Shown in pieces: positions 21,280 through 30,324 of a stretch of 64,000 nucleotides of DNA (its first letter is position 1; every line of letters starts with the position of its first letter). The notes beneath the pieces are model-generated. The model was not told where the DNA came from. It saw nothing but the letters and a program-made list of their open reading frames with translations, and searched no databases. This DNA comes from an uncultured Actinomycetes bacterium (GTDB taxonomy: Bacteria; Actinomycetota; UBA4738; JBBDTT01), in NCBI GenBank assembly GCA_963742735.1, contig CAVUMN010000004.1:1088001-1152000 (forward strand), in the 5' to 3' direction. A program made the position numbers and the translations under genes.

Positions 21280-21376
21280 GGCGCGCCCCGGCGCTCTCTG
21301 CGGCGACCCCGATGCCTAAAAGCGCAACTTCCGCCGGCAACCCAGAGGACTAGGGTGGTCGCGGAGGTGGTGTCCA

Positions 21377-21760
21377 ATGATGGGCAACTATCCGTTCGCC
21401 ACGATGCTGCCGGCATCCGACATCGGGCGGGCCAAGAAGTGGTACGAGGAGAAGCTCGGCCTGAGCCCGACCTCGGAGGAACAGGGAGGTCTGAACTACG
21501 AGGTCGGCGGGAGCCGGTTCAGCGTCTACCCGAGCGAGTTCGCGGGGACCAACAAGGCCACCGCGGGCGGGTTCGAGGTCGACAACCTCGACAAGGTCGT
21601 CGACGAGCTCGCGTCGCGCGGCGTGAGCTTCGAGCAGTACGACCTGGAGTACCTGAAGACGAACGAGAAGGGCATCGCCGAGCAGGAAGGCTGGAAGGGC
21701 GCGTTCTTCAAGGACAGCGAGGGGAACATCATCGCCCTCGCCGAGATGGCCTCGTCCTGA
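21377..21760 (+). CDS. VOC/glyoxalase family protein, paralogue 3
   Basis: DIGRAKKWYEEKLGL...[10 protein letters not shown]. Confidence 0.9.
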   Translation: MMGNYPFATMLPASDIGRAKKWYEEKLGLSPTSEEQGGLNYEVGGSRFSVYPSEFAGTNKATAGGFEVDNLDKVVDELASRGVSFEQYDLEYLKTNEKGIAEQEGWKGAFFKDSEGNIIALAEMASS

Positions 21761-22241
21761 GCTCCTCGAACGCCGCGGCCAGCGCCGGCAGCTGGTAGTG
21801 GGCGTTCAGGCCTGAGGGGTTGGGAAGCACCCACAGCTCGGCCCCGGCCAGCGGCTCAGGCTGCGGGCCGAGCGAGGCCTTCGGACGCTCGAACGCCGTC
21901 CGGTAGGCCGTCACCCCGAGGACGGCCACACGTCGCGGACGCCGCCGCCGGATCAGGCGCTCGAGCCGCCGTGCGCCGGCGCGGAGCTCGTCCGCCGACA
22001 GCTCGTCCGCCCGCGCCGTGGTCCTGCCCACCAGGTTCGTGATCCCGATTCCCGCCGCCAGCAGCTCCCGCTGCTCGCCGGGCGCGAGCTGACGGTCCGT
22101 CAGACCGGCCCGGTGCAGCGCGGGCCAGAACCGGTTCCCGGGACGGGCGAAGTGATGGCCCGTGGCCCCCGAGACCAGGCCCGGGTTGATCCCCACGAAC
22201 AGCACGTCCAGGTCGTCGGCGATGACGTCGCGGAGGGTCAC
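21729..22241 (-). CDS. mug: G/U mismatch-specific DNA glycosylase
   Basis: GTG 22241. VLFVGINPG, HHFARPGNRFW, GITNLV, LPNPSGLNA. Confidence 0.92.
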   Translation of the reverse strand: MTLRDVIADDLDVLFVGINPGLVSGATGHHFARPGNRFWPALHRAGLTDRQLAPGEQRELLAAGIGITNLVGRTTARADELSADELRAGARRLERLIRRRRPRRVAVLGVTAYRTAFERPKASLGPQPEPLAGAELWVLPNPSGLNAHYQLPALAAAFEELRTRPSRRGR

Positions 22242-22243
22242 GC

Positions 22244-23311
22244 TCAGGCGTTCGGGTCGCCGGCCTCGATCCGGCGGTGGGCCAGGGCGAGCGCGGCCGC
22301 GTCGGTGGTGATCCCCTCGGACTCGGCGTCGTCGAACACGCGCGAGATCGTGTCGCCGATCCCGCGCAGCGCTGCGTCGAGCTGCGCCTCGTTCCATCCC
22401 AGGTCCTCGAGCCCGATCAGGTAGAGCACGCCTCCGGCGTTCATCACGAAGTCCGGGGCGTAGAGGATCCCCGCCGCGGCCAGCCGGTCGGCGTCCTCGG
22501 CCGTGGCCAGCTGGTTGTTCGCGCCGCCGGCCACGACCCGGCACCGCAGCCGCGGGATCGAGTCCGCGTTCAGGATGGCGCCCACCGCGTTGGGGGAGAA
22601 GATCTCGCACTCGGCGCCGATCGACCGGTCCGCCGGGACGGCCCCGGCTCCCAGCCGCTGCGCGGTCTCGTCCGCGCGTTCCTGGTCCACGTCGCTCACC
22701 AGCAGCTTCGCGCCGGCCTCGGCCAGGAGCTCGCTCAGCGTCCCCCCGACCCCGCCTACGCCCTGGACCAGAACGGTTCGCCCCGTCAGGTCGTCGGTGC
22801 CGAATGCGCGGGCGGCCGCGGCGCGCATCCCGTGGAACACCCCCGTGCCGGTCGCGGGCCCCGAGCTCCCCGGGCCGCCGGCGGCCAAGGTGCGTCCGTA
22901 GACGTGGGAGGTCCGTTCGCCGATCACGTCCATGTCCTCGGGCACGGTGTTCATGTCGCACGCCGTGGAGTAGATGCCGCCGAGGGACTCGACGAGCTCG
23001 CCGTAGCGGAGCATCAGCTCGCGCCGCCGCTCCGAGCCGAGGGCCGGGATCTCGGGCACCGCCAGGACGGCCTTCCCGCCGCCCCGGCCGAGCCCGGCCG
23101 CCGCGAACTTCACCGTCATCGCCTGCGAGAGCCGGAGCCCGTCGGTCACGGCGTCCTCGAACCCGGGGTACACGCGCAGACGGGTCCCGCCGCCGGCCGG
23201 GCCCAGGCGCGTGGAGTGGACCGCGAGCAGGATCCACGCGTCCAGGTCCTCGGCGCGGCGGACCACGACCTCCTCGCCGTCCCACGCGCGGAGCAGGTCC
23301 TCCAGGCTCAC
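22244..23311 (-). CDS. Glu/Leu/Phe/Val dehydrogenase
   Basis: GTG 23311. GPAGGGTR, MTVK, GGGKAV, VQGVGGVG, GGANNQL, PDFVMNAGG. Confidence 0.92.
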   Translation of the reverse strand: MSLEDLLRAWDGEEVVVRRAEDLDAWILLAVHSTRLGPAGGGTRLRVYPGFEDAVTDGLRLSQAMTVKFAAAGLGRGGGKAVLAVPEIPALGSERRRELMLRYGELVESLGGIYSTACDMNTVPEDMDVIGERTSHVYGRTLAAGGPGSSGPATGTGVFHGMRAAAARAFGTDDLTGRTVLVQGVGGVGGTLSELLAEAGAKLLVSDVDQERADETAQRLGAGAVPADRSIGAECEIFSPNAVGAILNADSIPRLRCRVVAGGANNQLATAEDADRLAAAGILYAPDFVMNAGGVLYLIGLEDLGWNEAQLDAALRGIGDTISRVFDDAESEGITTDAAALALAHRRIEAGDPNA

Positions 23312-23721
23312 CCGAGCAGCCCCAGCTGCTGGAGCAGGCCCAGCTGGTCGTAGGCGTCGTTCCAGCTGGCGATCTTGCCGTCGCGCAGGCGGATCAGAGC
23401 GATGGACTCGAAGGCGCACGGACGGCCGGTCGCCGGGACCTCCCCGGTCGCGCTGCTGAGGGGGCCGGTGTTGGTCCCCGACGCGCGGACCTCAACGGCG
23501 ATGGCGTCGGGCGTCTCGGCGTAGCCCAGGATCTCGCGTCGCAGGTCGGGGAACGAGCGAGCGGTGGCCTGCCAGTAGCCGGTGACGACGTCCAGCCCGC
23601 CGATCGGGGCGCCCCGGCTCTTGAAGGTCGCGTCCGGGGTGAACCACTGAGCCAGCGCGGGCCAGTTCCCGGCGTCCACCAGGGCCCACACGTTCACGAC
23701 CGCGTCGAGCGCCGCCCCCAT
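23308..23721 (-). CDS. SnoaL/NTF2-like ester cyclase family protein
   Basis: ATG 23721 with GGAGG RBS. SFPDL, GTNTGP, PATGR, DGKI. Confidence 0.8.
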   Translation of the reverse strand: MGAALDAVVNVWALVDAGNWPALAQWFTPDATFKSRGAPIGGLDVVTGYWQATARSFPDLRREILGYAETPDAIAVEVRASGTNTGPLSSATGEVPATGRPCAFESIALIRLRDGKIASWNDAYDQLGLLQQLGLLG

Positions 23722-23794
23722 TCGCCCTCCCTCCGCCTCCAGCCGGAACCGCGAGCCTAGCGCGGCGTGAGCGCCCTCGCAGGCCCACTCGGCA

Positions 23795-23897
23795 GATATC
23801 GCAGCCTTGCTATATCGCCGCTTCGGGCCGGCAAAACCGCAGGTCAGAGGCACCGGCGTTCCGGACAATCCGGCCCATATACCAGGAGTGCTATATC
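23795..23897. repeat. Dispersed REPIN-like inverted-repeat element, copy 1
   Basis: Arms GATATCGCAGCCTTGCTATAT and ATATACCAGGAGTGCTATATC. Homologous to 48125-48233 and 60522-60669. Confidence 0.7.
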
Positions 23898-24079
23898 CCG
23901 TGAGTGGGCCCGGAGGACTCGCGGATCCGCGGTGCCACCGCCCGCCACCCCGCCTCTCTCCAGCGACCCGGCGCGCGCCGAAGGTAGCGGATCAGCCAGA
24001 CGATCGCCGCCGCCAAACCGACCGGCAGGAAGAGGAAGGGCGGGTACAGGAACCCGATGAAGATGAAGTACCAGGACAT
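23891..24079 (-). CDS. Small membrane peptide C (62 aa)
   Basis: MSWYFIFIGFLYPPFLFLPVGLAAAIVWLIR...; starts 2 nt after the peptide B stop. Confidence 0.5.
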   Translation of the reverse strand: MSWYFIFIGFLYPPFLFLPVGLAAAIVWLIRYLRRAPGRWREAGWRAVAPRIRESSGPTHGI

Positions 24080-24081
24080 GA

Positions 24082-24225
24082 TCAGGCATCCGTGACGAAC
24101 CCCCCGCTCCACGATGGATCGCCGGACCTCTGCGCGGCCAGGAAGTACGCGCATCGAATCCAGATGATCGCGGCGAAGACCAGCGCAGGCCCGCTCGCCA
24201 CCCACAGCAGCCAGAGCACGGTCAT
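24082..24225 (-). CDS. Small membrane peptide B (47 aa)
   Basis: MTVLWLLWVASGPALVFAAIIWIRCAYFLAAQRSGDPSWSGGFVTDA; ATGA overlap with peptide A. Confidence 0.5.
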   Translation of the reverse strand: MTVLWLLWVASGPALVFAAIIWIRCAYFLAAQRSGDPSWSGGFVTDA

Positions 24226-24353
24226 CGGCGGAGCGCTCGGACGAGCAGGTTCACCGTGCCGCCGATCGCGGCGACGGCGATCATCCCCACGGCGCAGGCG
24301 ATCATCGCCAGCATGCAGAGCCAGGGTCCGAGGTAGAGAACCAGGCCTTCCAT
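24222..24353 (-). CDS. Small membrane peptide A (43 aa)
   Basis: Strong RBS (AGGAGGGAGGGAG). MEGLVLYLGPWLCMLAMIACAVGMIAVAAIGGTVNLLVRALRR. Confidence 0.55.
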   Translation of the reverse strand: MEGLVLYLGPWLCMLAMIACAVGMIAVAAIGGTVNLLVRALRR

Positions 24354-24385
24354 CGTTCTCCCTCCCTCCTCTGGTACGCTCCTCA

Positions 24386-24427
24386 TTGAGCGACCGATTA
24401 GAGCATACGCTTAAAGCAGTCGCTCAA
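24386..24427. promoter_or_regulatory. Triple palindromic operator (probable TetR sites)
   Basis: TTGAGC-gacc-GATTAG, TAGAGC-atac-GCTTAA and TAAAGC-agtc-GCTCAA at a 13-bp period. The outer 9 bp form a perfect inverted repeat. Lies between divergent genes. Confidence 0.7.
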
Positions 24428-24450
24428 GCAACTCGACGAGGGAGACCGGC

Positions 24451-25046
24451 GTGGCGGACAAGGAGCCCCGAGAGACCCGGGAGGTGATCCTGGACGCGGC
24501 CCTGCGGACCTTGCAGGAGCAGGGGTTCGCGCGGACGAGCGCCCGTGCGATCGCCCGGGCGGGCGACTTCAACCAGGCGCTGATCTTCTACCACTTCGGT
24601 TCGGTCAACGAGCTCCTGCTGGCGGCCCTGGACCACATCGGGGAGGACCGGCTGGCCCGCTACAAGGCCGCCGTCGAGGACGCCAAGACCTTCGAAGACC
24701 TCGTCGCCGTGGCCGCCCGCATCTACCGCGAGGACCTCGAGCAGGGACACATGACCGTCGTCGCCGAGATGATCGCCGGCGGGGTCGCCGACCCGGAGCT
24801 CCGTCCCGAGATCATGACCCGCACCCAGGTGTGGGTGGACTTCGTCGAGGGCGTCGTCGAACGCGTCCTGGCCGGCTCGCCGTTCGCCGGCATGCTGCCC
24901 CCCGCGACGTGGCCTTCGCCCTGGTCGCGTTCTACTGCGGCGTGAACATCTTCACCCGCCTCGAGGAGGACCACGCCCGCACCGAGGCGCTGTTCGACAT
25001 GGCCGCCAACGCCGCGCCGCTCCTGCAGCCGTTCTTTCCCGGATGA
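24451..25046 (+). CDS. TetR/AcrR family regulator (apparent 1-bp frameshift in C run near 24898-24903)
   Basis: HTH SARAIARAGDFNQALIFYHFGS. The C-terminus (PRDVAFALVAFYCG...) continues in another frame to 25046. Confidence 0.8.
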
Positions 25047-25942
25047 CCCGCCGCCTGTACCTGGACACCTCCTCGCTGATGTATCGGGCGTTCTTCGCGC
25101 TGCCCGACGCCATCAAGGACACCCAGGGCAAGCCCATCAACGCGGTGCACGGCTACCTGGACATGACGGCGCGCCTGGTGCAGTCGCGCGAGCCCGACGT
25201 GGTGGTCCACAACTACGACCACGACTGGCGCCCGGCCCCGCGCGTGAAGGCCTACGACGGCTACAAGGGCCAGCGCGCCCCCGACCCGCCCGGCCTGCCC
25301 GAACAGTTCGGCGTGCTGCGCGAGGTCCTCGACGCGATGGGCCAGACCCAGGCCGAGGCCGAGGGGTGGGAGGCCGAGGACGCGATCGGCACCCAGGTGG
25401 CGAAGGTGAAGGGCCGCGACCGCGCGGACATCGTCACCGGCGACCGCGACCTGATCCAGCTGGTCCGCGACCCCCACGTCTGCCTGTGGTTCACGCGCAA
25501 GGGCGTCACCGTGATGGACCGGTTCGACGAGGCGGGCGTGGAGGAGAAGTACGGGGTGCCGGCCAACCGGTACGTGGACTTCGCGATCCTGCGCGGCGAC
25601 CCATCGGACGCGCTGCCCGGCGTGCGCGGGATCGGGGAGAAGACCGCGCGCGCGCTGGTGAAGGCGTACCCCTCGCTCGACGCGCTGCTCGCCGACGCCG
25701 CCGCGCCGGTCCGCACCGGGGCGGTGCTGCAGCGCTCGCGAGCTCTGCGGGCCTCGCTCCGCGACGCCGCCGACTACGTGCGCACCATGCAGTTCGTCGT
25801 GCCCATCCAGACCGAACTCGACGTCCGGACGTGGGGCGCTGACCCGGACCCCGAGCGGCTCGAGGAGCTGGCCGAGCGCTACAAGCTGACGAACCCGATC
25901 CGCAGGCTGCGCGAGGCGCTGAGCGGCGTGGGCCCGGGCTAG
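25043..25942 (+). CDS. 5'-3' exonuclease (stand-alone flap endonuclease)
   Basis: LDTSSLMYRAFF, YKGQR, EAEDAIG, VTGDRDLIQLV, LRGDPSDALPGVRGIGEKTA. Confidence 0.93.
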   Translation: MTRRLYLDTSSLMYRAFFALPDAIKDTQGKPINAVHGYLDMTARLVQSREPDVVVHNYDHDWRPAPRVKAYDGYKGQRAPDPPGLPEQFGVLREVLDAMGQTQAEAEGWEAEDAIGTQVAKVKGRDRADIVTGDRDLIQLVRDPHVCLWFTRKGVTVMDRFDEAGVEEKYGVPANRYVDFAILRGDPSDALPGVRGIGEKTARALVKAYPSLDALLADAAAPVRTGAVLQRSRALRASLRDAADYVRTMQFVVPIQTELDVRTWGADPDPERLEELAERYKLTNPIRRLREALSGVGPG

Positions 25943-26700
25943 AGCATCGCCAGCCGGGCCTGGGCGGCGATGCCCAGGGTCTCGGTCTGGCCGGAGTCCA
26001 TCGACAGGATCCCGCCCACGAACCCCTGCGGGTCGGCCCACGCGCAGATCGAGCGGAAGCCGCCTCCCGAGACCGGCGCGCACGCGAAGCCGAACCCGCC
26101 GCGTCGCGAGTCCTGGATGGAGCTGGTGCGCACGGTGGAGTCGCTCACGCCGGTCCACGCGTCGCCGAGCTGGGTGAGCGCGCCCCGGTCGGACCCGGGC
26201 CTGGCGCCGTAGGCAACCAGGACGAACGACGCGGTGCCGTTCGTCCCGAAGATCGCGACCTCGCCCTCGATCCCGGCGTCGACCAGTGAGTCACGCCAGG
26301 CATCCTCCGCCGCCGAGTACGCGGGGGTGCTCAGCCGGACGGCGTCGCCGACCGACTCGGGCACCGTGTACGCGGGCCCGCGGAGCAGGACGCTCAGGAG
26401 GGCGACCACGCCGAGCCCGACGACCACCTGGCGGGGGACCAGTCCCCGGACGCGGTCGACGCCCCGGGACGGGGCGGCCGGCATGATCTCGTAGCGGATC
26501 CGGTGGGCTGGAGTGGTGGGGGCCTGGGTCGTGGAGTGGGCGTGGAGTCCGCCGCCGCTCTGGGAGAGGCAATGCCAGCAGTACCGGGCCGACGCGGTCT
26601 GCGGCGCCCCGCACGTTGCGCAGCTACGACTTCCGGTGTCGCCCCCTGCGGGCCCGGGGTGGGCCGGAAGCGTGCCGCCGGGATACGTTCCGGTCTTCAC
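25939..26700 (-). CDS. Zinc-ribbon + single-TM hypothetical protein
   Basis: CATC...CWHC, a TM helix, and a C-terminal domain with two Cys (FACAP...ICAW). Confidence 0.6.
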   Translation of the reverse strand: MKTGTYPGGTLPAHPGPAGGDTGSRSCATCGAPQTASARYCWHCLSQSGGGLHAHSTTQAPTTPAHRIRYEIMPAAPSRGVDRVRGLVPRQVVVGLGVVALLSVLLRGPAYTVPESVGDAVRLSTPAYSAAEDAWRDSLVDAGIEGEVAIFGTNGTASFVLVAYGARPGSDRGALTQLGDAWTGVSDSTVRTSSIQDSRRGGFGFACAPVSGGGFRSICAWADPQGFVGGILSMDSGQTETLGIAAQARLAML

Positions 26701-26808
26701 GGCTTCCTATGGGGCGGGCAAGGCAAGCGTATGCCCGGGTCGGAGCGATTGCTATTCACTCCTTCGGGTGTCGGCCGTTTGGCGGAGAGACTGGAGCCGG
26801 GGGGTCGC

Positions 26809-27722
26809 TCAGCCCTCGCCCTGGATCGCGTCGTGGGCGGCGATGGTGATCTGGAACGTGCCGGTCAGGTCCCGGTCGAACCCGGAGACGATGCCGACGA
26901 CGTCCTCCCGCTGCCACAGGCACACCGCCCGCAGGGCGCCGTCGCCCGGGGCGCAGAGGTAGGCCACGCCGTTGAAGTCCCGGCGCTGGATCTCCGCGGT
27001 GTCGATCGAGGCGCTCTGGGTCCCCTCGGCGAAGCCCGTCGCGAAGTTCTGGAAGTTCTGTTCGGGCGACGGCGGGTTGTCGCCCTGGAGGACGAGCACC
27101 ATGAACGAGGGCACGCCGTTGTCCCGAAGACTCCCAGTTGCACGTCCACGCCGCTGCTCCCCAGGGCCTCGTCGATGACGCTCTGGATCTGTTCGGTGAA
27201 GGTGTTCTCCAGCTGGTTGATCCCGGAGATCTCCTGCGGGATCGTGACCTTCCCGGCGAAGAGCTGCCAGAGGAAGAACGCGCCGACAACCACGACCACC
27301 AACGGGATGACCACGCGCAGGGCCTTGCGCGCGCCGGAGGGCTCCTTCTGTCCCATCCCGATCAGCAGCGGCATGCGCTTGTCGAGCTCGTTGGTCGTCT
27401 CCATCGGGGCGGGCGGCAGGCCGACGGACTCGGCCGCCGTGGCGCCGGGGCGGAACGGGTTGCCCGCGGCGGAGTACGGGCTGGGCTCGGGAGGCTTCTC
27501 CCCGGTGGCGGCGGGCTTGAAGGGGTTCCCCTCCGCGGAGTACGGGTTGGGCGCGCCGGGTTCGGCCGGCGGCGTGGACGCCGCGGGGGCTACCGCTCCG
27601 GCGAGGGGGGACAGGCACTGCCAGCAGAACTCGGCCGAGACCGGGTTGGCGGCGCCGCACTTCGGGCACGGCCGTTTCTCGGCGACGAGCGGTTCCTGGG
27701 GTGTCGGGGCGTCGGAGGACAT
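26809..27722 (-). CDS. Zinc-ribbon + TM hypothetical protein (apparent 1-bp frameshift near 27125)
   Basis: CPKC...CWQC, PY-rich repeats, TM. Adding one G joins VQLGVFG to DNGVPSFMVLV...YLCAP...VCLW, which parallels the neighbouring protein. Confidence 0.65.
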
Positions 27723-27770
27723 GCGCGTGCCCGGAGGGTACCCCGGCGACGCGCGGCCCGCCAGCAGTCC

Positions 27771-28253
27771 CTAGCGAGCGGCCAGCCAGGCCCGGAACGA
27801 CTCGGCCAGCCCCTCGCCCCCGCGCGGCGGCGGCTTCGGGTCGAGCCACGAGACGCGCTTCTTCTCGTCCTCGATCCGGACCCACTCGTAGCCGTAGGTC
27901 CGCGGGCCGGCCCAGAACGGCTCGACCCACTGCTCGCGGCGCAGCGTGGCCACCGCCGCGTACCCGTACCGCGCCCGCCCGGTCCAGAAGTCGGCCACGT
28001 CGTGGATCGGCGCGCCGGCCGTCCGCTGGCGGATCTGGCGGACGTCGGAGTACTCGCCGACCCACGTGATCTGGACGGTGGCGCGGCCGACGAACAGGCC
28101 GCCGACGAGCTGGACCCACACCGTGTCGTCCTCGAACGCGCCGTGCTTGTGCAGCGGCCCCGGCCGGTCCCGCACCTCGACGCCGTAGCCGAGCCGGGGG
28201 CTCGCGGCGTCCCCGGTCAGGTGCTCCAGGCGCCGGATCAGGACGTGGTCCAT
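27771..28253 (-). CDS. Hypothetical protein
   Basis: ATG 28253 (MDHVLIRRLEHL...). Coding-like codon usage, aromatic-rich, family not recognised. Confidence 0.65.
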   Translation of the reverse strand: MDHVLIRRLEHLTGDAASPRLGYGVEVRDRPGPLHKHGAFEDDTVWVQLVGGLFVGRATVQITWVGEYSDVRQIRQRTAGAPIHDVADFWTGRARYGYAAVATLRREQWVEPFWAGPRTYGYEWVRIEDEKKRVSWLDPKPPPRGGEGLAESFRAWLAAR

Positions 28254-28264
28254 GCGATCCGATC

Positions 28265-28702
28265 CTAGAGCGGCCGGCGCATCAGGTAGTGGGGTCCGAT
28301 GCCGGGCACGTCGAACTCGTCGCCCTCGGCGCGGAACCCCGCCCGCTCGTAGAACGGCCGGGCTCGCACGCGGGCGTTGCACCACAGCTCGGTGCCGCCG
28401 CGGGCGGCCGCGTGCTCCAGGAGCCAGGCCAGGACGGCCGCCCCGACGCCCCGGTCGCGATGCTCCGGCAGGGTGGCCATCCCTCGCAGCCGCCACGCGT
28501 TGGGGTCGCCCGAGCCCGGCGGCGGCTCGCGCGAGACGCGCCCGACCGAGACCAGCTCGCCCTCGACGAATCCGCCGGCGTGCGCGGTGTCGGGAGCGTC
28601 GTCGGCATCGAACACGACCTCGCTCGCCGGCCGCCCCGGCCGCAGGACCTCCAGGCGGATCGGCCGGGACGCCTCCGCCGTGATCGGGCGGACCTCGGTC
28701 AC
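28265..28702 (-). CDS. GNAT family N-acetyltransferase
   Basis: WRLRGMAT, RDRGVG, LWCNAR, FYERAGF. Confidence 0.9.
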   Translation of the reverse strand: MTEVRPITAEASRPIRLEVLRPGRPASEVVFDADDAPDTAHAGGFVEGELVSVGRVSREPPPGSGDPNAWRLRGMATLPEHRDRGVGAAVLAWLLEHAAARGGTELWCNARVRARPFYERAGFRAEGDEFDVPGIGPHYLMRRPL

Positions 28703-29013
28703 CGCGCGTCGCGGTGGCGGGTCCACACGTCCCACAGCACCGGGATCATCGCCAGGGCGACCCCCATCGCGTACAGGAAGTTCCAGAACAGCATCCCGTA
28801 CAGGAAGAACACGACGATGCCGGTGAAGATCCACCGCACGCCCGGTCCGAACCCGCGGACCGACCACTCGAACCGGTCGAGCTTCGGCCGCTCGGGTTGG
28901 ATCAGCGTCGTCTGCCCGTAGACGGGCGCCGGCTCCTCGCGGGGGGTCAGGCACCGGGGGCACCAGGCGAGCTCCGCCTGCAGGGGCGCGCCGCACGACC
29001 GGCAGGTCTCCAT
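28699..29013 (-). CDS. Zinc-ribbon membrane protein
   Basis: METCRSCGAP...WCPRCL followed by two TM helices. Confidence 0.7.
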   Translation of the reverse strand: METCRSCGAPLQAELAWCPRCLTPREEPAPVYGQTTLIQPERPKLDRFEWSVRGFGPGVRWIFTGIVVFFLYGMLFWNFLYAMGVALAMIPVLWDVWTRHRDAR

Positions 29014-29043
29014 GGCCGAAGTATCGCGCTCCCGCCCACTAGC

Positions 29044-29598
29044 ATGGCCGCGATGGACAGCGTGAAGGGCCAGCTGCTGATCGCCGGTCCCGCCCTGTGG
29101 GACACGAACTTCCGGCGGACCGTCGTGCTGATCGGCGACCACGACGAGAACGGCGCGCTCGGCATCATCCTGAACCGCCCGTCCGGGGCCACCGTCGGCG
29201 AGGCGGTGCCCGCGCTGTCCTCGCTGGTCGGCCCCGAGGAGCCCCTGTTCGTCGGCGGTCCGGTGCAGCCCGAGTCGGCGGTGATCCTCGGCGACTTCAC
29301 CGACCCGGAGCGCGCGGGACTGATCGCGTTCGGCACGGTCGGCTTCCTGATCGGCGACGTCGGGGTCGAGGACGCGGTGAGCCTCCGCGCGGCGCGCGTG
29401 TTCGCCGGCTACGCGGGGTGGGGGCCGGGGCAGCTCGAGCTGGAGATGCAGGAGGAGCAGGCGTGGATCCCCGAGCGCGCCACCTCCGACGACGTGTTCG
29501 GCACCGACCCGGGCCGGCTGTGGGATCGGGTCGTGCAGCGCAAGGGCAAGGAGTTCGCGTTCCTGCGAACGATGCCGTTCGACCCCTCGCTCAACTAG
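29044..29598 (+). CDS. YqgE/AlgH family protein
   Basis: DTNFRRTVVL, GALGIILNRP, GGPV, FAGYAGWGPGQLE, DPSLN. Confidence 0.93.
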   Translation: MAAMDSVKGQLLIAGPALWDTNFRRTVVLIGDHDENGALGIILNRPSGATVGEAVPALSSLVGPEEPLFVGGPVQPESAVILGDFTDPERAGLIAFGTVGFLIGDVGVEDAVSLRAARVFAGYAGWGPGQLELEMQEEQAWIPERATSDDVFGTDPGRLWDRVVQRKGKEFAFLRTMPFDPSLN

Positions 29599-29703
29599 CA
29601 ATCTCTCCCTTGACGACGGGCGTACCCTGTTCGACGGCATGCTGCGCACGAACTGCTTCCACATGAAGCTGCAGCGATCCGGCCGTTCGGCCGTGGTCGC
29701 GCC

Positions 29704-30270
29704 GTGCGCGCGCCCGGCCTGGCCGCCGGCGGAGCTCACTCGTGGGGTTCCGCCGGTGCGCGGCCGCTGAGCGCCTCCCGAGCCCGGGCCGCGGCCGGCA
29801 GCGCGCTGTTCCTCCTGCTTGCGCCGGGCGTCGTCGCGGGCGTCGTTCCCTGGTGGATCACGGGCTGGCGCGCCGGGTCATCCGCCGCGTACGTGCTTCC
29901 CCTCCGGGTGCTCGGCGGCCTCCTCCTCGTGGCCGGGGCGGGGGTCCTGCTGCAGGCGTTCGGGCGGTTCGTGATGGAGGGTGTCGGGACGCCCGCGCCG
30001 GTCGTCCCGACCCGGCGCCTGGTGGTCGGCGGGTTCTACCGGCACGTTCGCAACCCGATGTATCTCGCGGTGCTCTCGATGATCGTCGGCCAGGCGCTCC
30101 TGCTCCGGCGACCGGTGTTGTTCGCGTATGCCGCCGGGATCGCCGTGGCCTTCGTCGCGTTCGTGCGGCTGTACGAGGAGCCCACACTGGCAAGGCAGTT
30201 CGGCGAGGAGTACCAGGCCTACCGTCGCGCGGTGCCCGGGTGGTTCCCGCGCCTCCGCCCCCGGGAATGA
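29704..30270 (+). CDS. Isoprenylcysteine carboxyl/phospholipid methyltransferase family membrane protein
   Basis: GTPAP, YRHVRNPMY, YEEPTLARQFGEEY. Start uncertain. Confidence 0.85.
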   Translation: MRAPGLAAGGAHSWGSAGARPLSASRARAAAGSALFLLLAPGVVAGVVPWWITGWRAGSSAAYVLPLRVLGGLLLVAGAGVLLQAFGRFVMEGVGTPAPVVPTRRLVVGGFYRHVRNPMYLAVLSMIVGQALLLRRPVLFAYAAGIAVAFVAFVRLYEEPTLARQFGEEYQAYRRAVPGWFPRLRPRE

Positions 30271-30324
30271 CCCGCGGCGCAGGCCGGTTGTCAGACGACA
30301 CAGTCTCTTCAGGAGGTCACCCCC

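Noticed and set aside
29600-29770. Short coding-like stretch (DDGRTLFDGMLRTNCFHMKLQ)
   Set aside because: No RBS or recognisable family. Possibly a gene remnant, too weak to call.
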